DNA of 64,000 nucleotides from a plasmid: sequence record NZ_CP083859.1; one strand, 5' to 3'. Shown piece by piece: positions 63,349 to 64,000 of this stretch (position 1 is its first letter; each line of letters starts with the position of its first letter). The notes under the pieces were generated by a model. It saw only the letters and a program-made list of their open reading frames with translations, ran no database searches and was not told where the DNA came from. The position numbers and the translations under genes were made by a program.

Positions 63349-64000
63349 GAGTGCGCTCCTTGTATAGCGATTGCTTTACAAGCATATCATATGGATTCTG
63401 TATAGCAAAAGCTATACGGTTTTTTAAGTGCAGTGAACATACGAAAGAGTCAACTTGCAACTATTAGGTAAAGCTCTTCCTCTAAATTATTTTCCTTGCT
63501 CTGGCCTACCAAATCAAACCCAACGCCCTGAATTTACTGCGTGCGATGCTTGCTAGCAGTCTCATCCGGACAATTAGCATGAAAACTATGGATTGTTATC
63601 TGGTCTAACATCTGGAAAAGTTACTGATGAGAAGGTAGTATTCGGATCGTCAGCGATCGTCTTGTGGTGGGACAGATTGTTGATTCAGATTACTTTTGTG
63701 TCCTAACTCAAACTGACGGTTTGACTGCTTTGTGGTGAGGCAGGCGGGTGGCAAAAGATGGTTTTACGGAAGAAATGCGGACTTCCGGAAACAGACAGGG
63801 ACAGGACGTGTCCAGTAAAACGTTCAGGAGCAGGTAACGGGATTTCCCGGAGCCTGAATGCACAAACCCCCCGACATCTGTCATCATCTTGGCGGAAGAC
63901 ACAGATATCAGGGGGTCCAAAAGCAGGCGCGTGGCCTGTGAAGGATTATAACGCATGCACCACATAACACAACACCCGGCCGCCATAAGAACAGGCCGCC

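Noticed and set aside
63349-64000. Small ORFs (69-92 aa) at the window end
   Set aside because: No ribosome-binding site or recognisable domain, and they overlap on opposite strands. The window edge also prevents any context assessment.

Overview
This window looks like a mosaic segment of a large F-like plasmid from Enterobacteriaceae, most plausibly Klebsiella or E. coli. Host assignment is inference from gene content only.

From left to right the window contains:
- An F-type leading region: ParB-like nuclease, psiB, psiA, hok/mok, a DUF932 gene and a gene X-like lytic transglycosylase. IS150 has inserted into the hok/sok leader with a 3-bp target duplication.
- An F-like oriT with a recognisable nic motif, then traM, a minus-strand tandem ribbon-helix-helix (RHH) TraY-like gene sitting where traJ/traY normally are, and traA, traL, traE, traK.
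- A decayed tra operon: traB stops at codon 158, then a 78-aa orphan ORF, then the first 216 codons of traD joined in frame through a TGA to the C-terminal 558 codons of traI.
- Plasmid accessory genes: a DsbA-like oxidoreductase, a YafO-family toxin with an unrecognised 182-aa upstream partner, a tyrosine recombinase, an AcrB C-terminal fragment and a plasmid H-NS.
- A complete ter (tellurite resistance) locus: terW, a DUF4236 gene, a five-gene Ter-linked biosynthetic module (aldolase, StiP protease, HAD hydrolase, phosphoribosyltransferase (PRTase), ATP-grasp), and terZABCDEF with an extra membrane ORF between terE and terF.
- An AT-rich accessory patch: an uncharacterised three-gene minus-strand operon (lipoprotein, 367 aa, 119 aa), and a decayed nuclease/ATPase locus (an HNH endonuclease with an in-frame TAA, an IS3-family element, and an N-terminally truncated AT-rich ATPase-like gene).
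- IS110-family and IS5-family elements, followed by a roughly 14-kb GC-rich island matching the locus of heat resistance (LHR/tLST): degP, an M48 peptidase, psiE, kefB, trx, hdeD, two yfdX genes, two sHsp20 genes, clpK and an ftsH remnant.
- A nest of IS debris (IS66 fragments, IS30 inserted into an IS911-like element, IS110 and ISNCY fragments) and a GNAT/DUF1778 toxin-antitoxin pair.

The most unusual items are the antisense TraY-like tandem-RHH gene, the uncharacterised three-gene operon at 35184-37136, the YafO module with a non-canonical partner, and the decayed HNH/ATPase locus. Nothing here can be called a new system on sequence reading alone; the finding entries say what would test each one.
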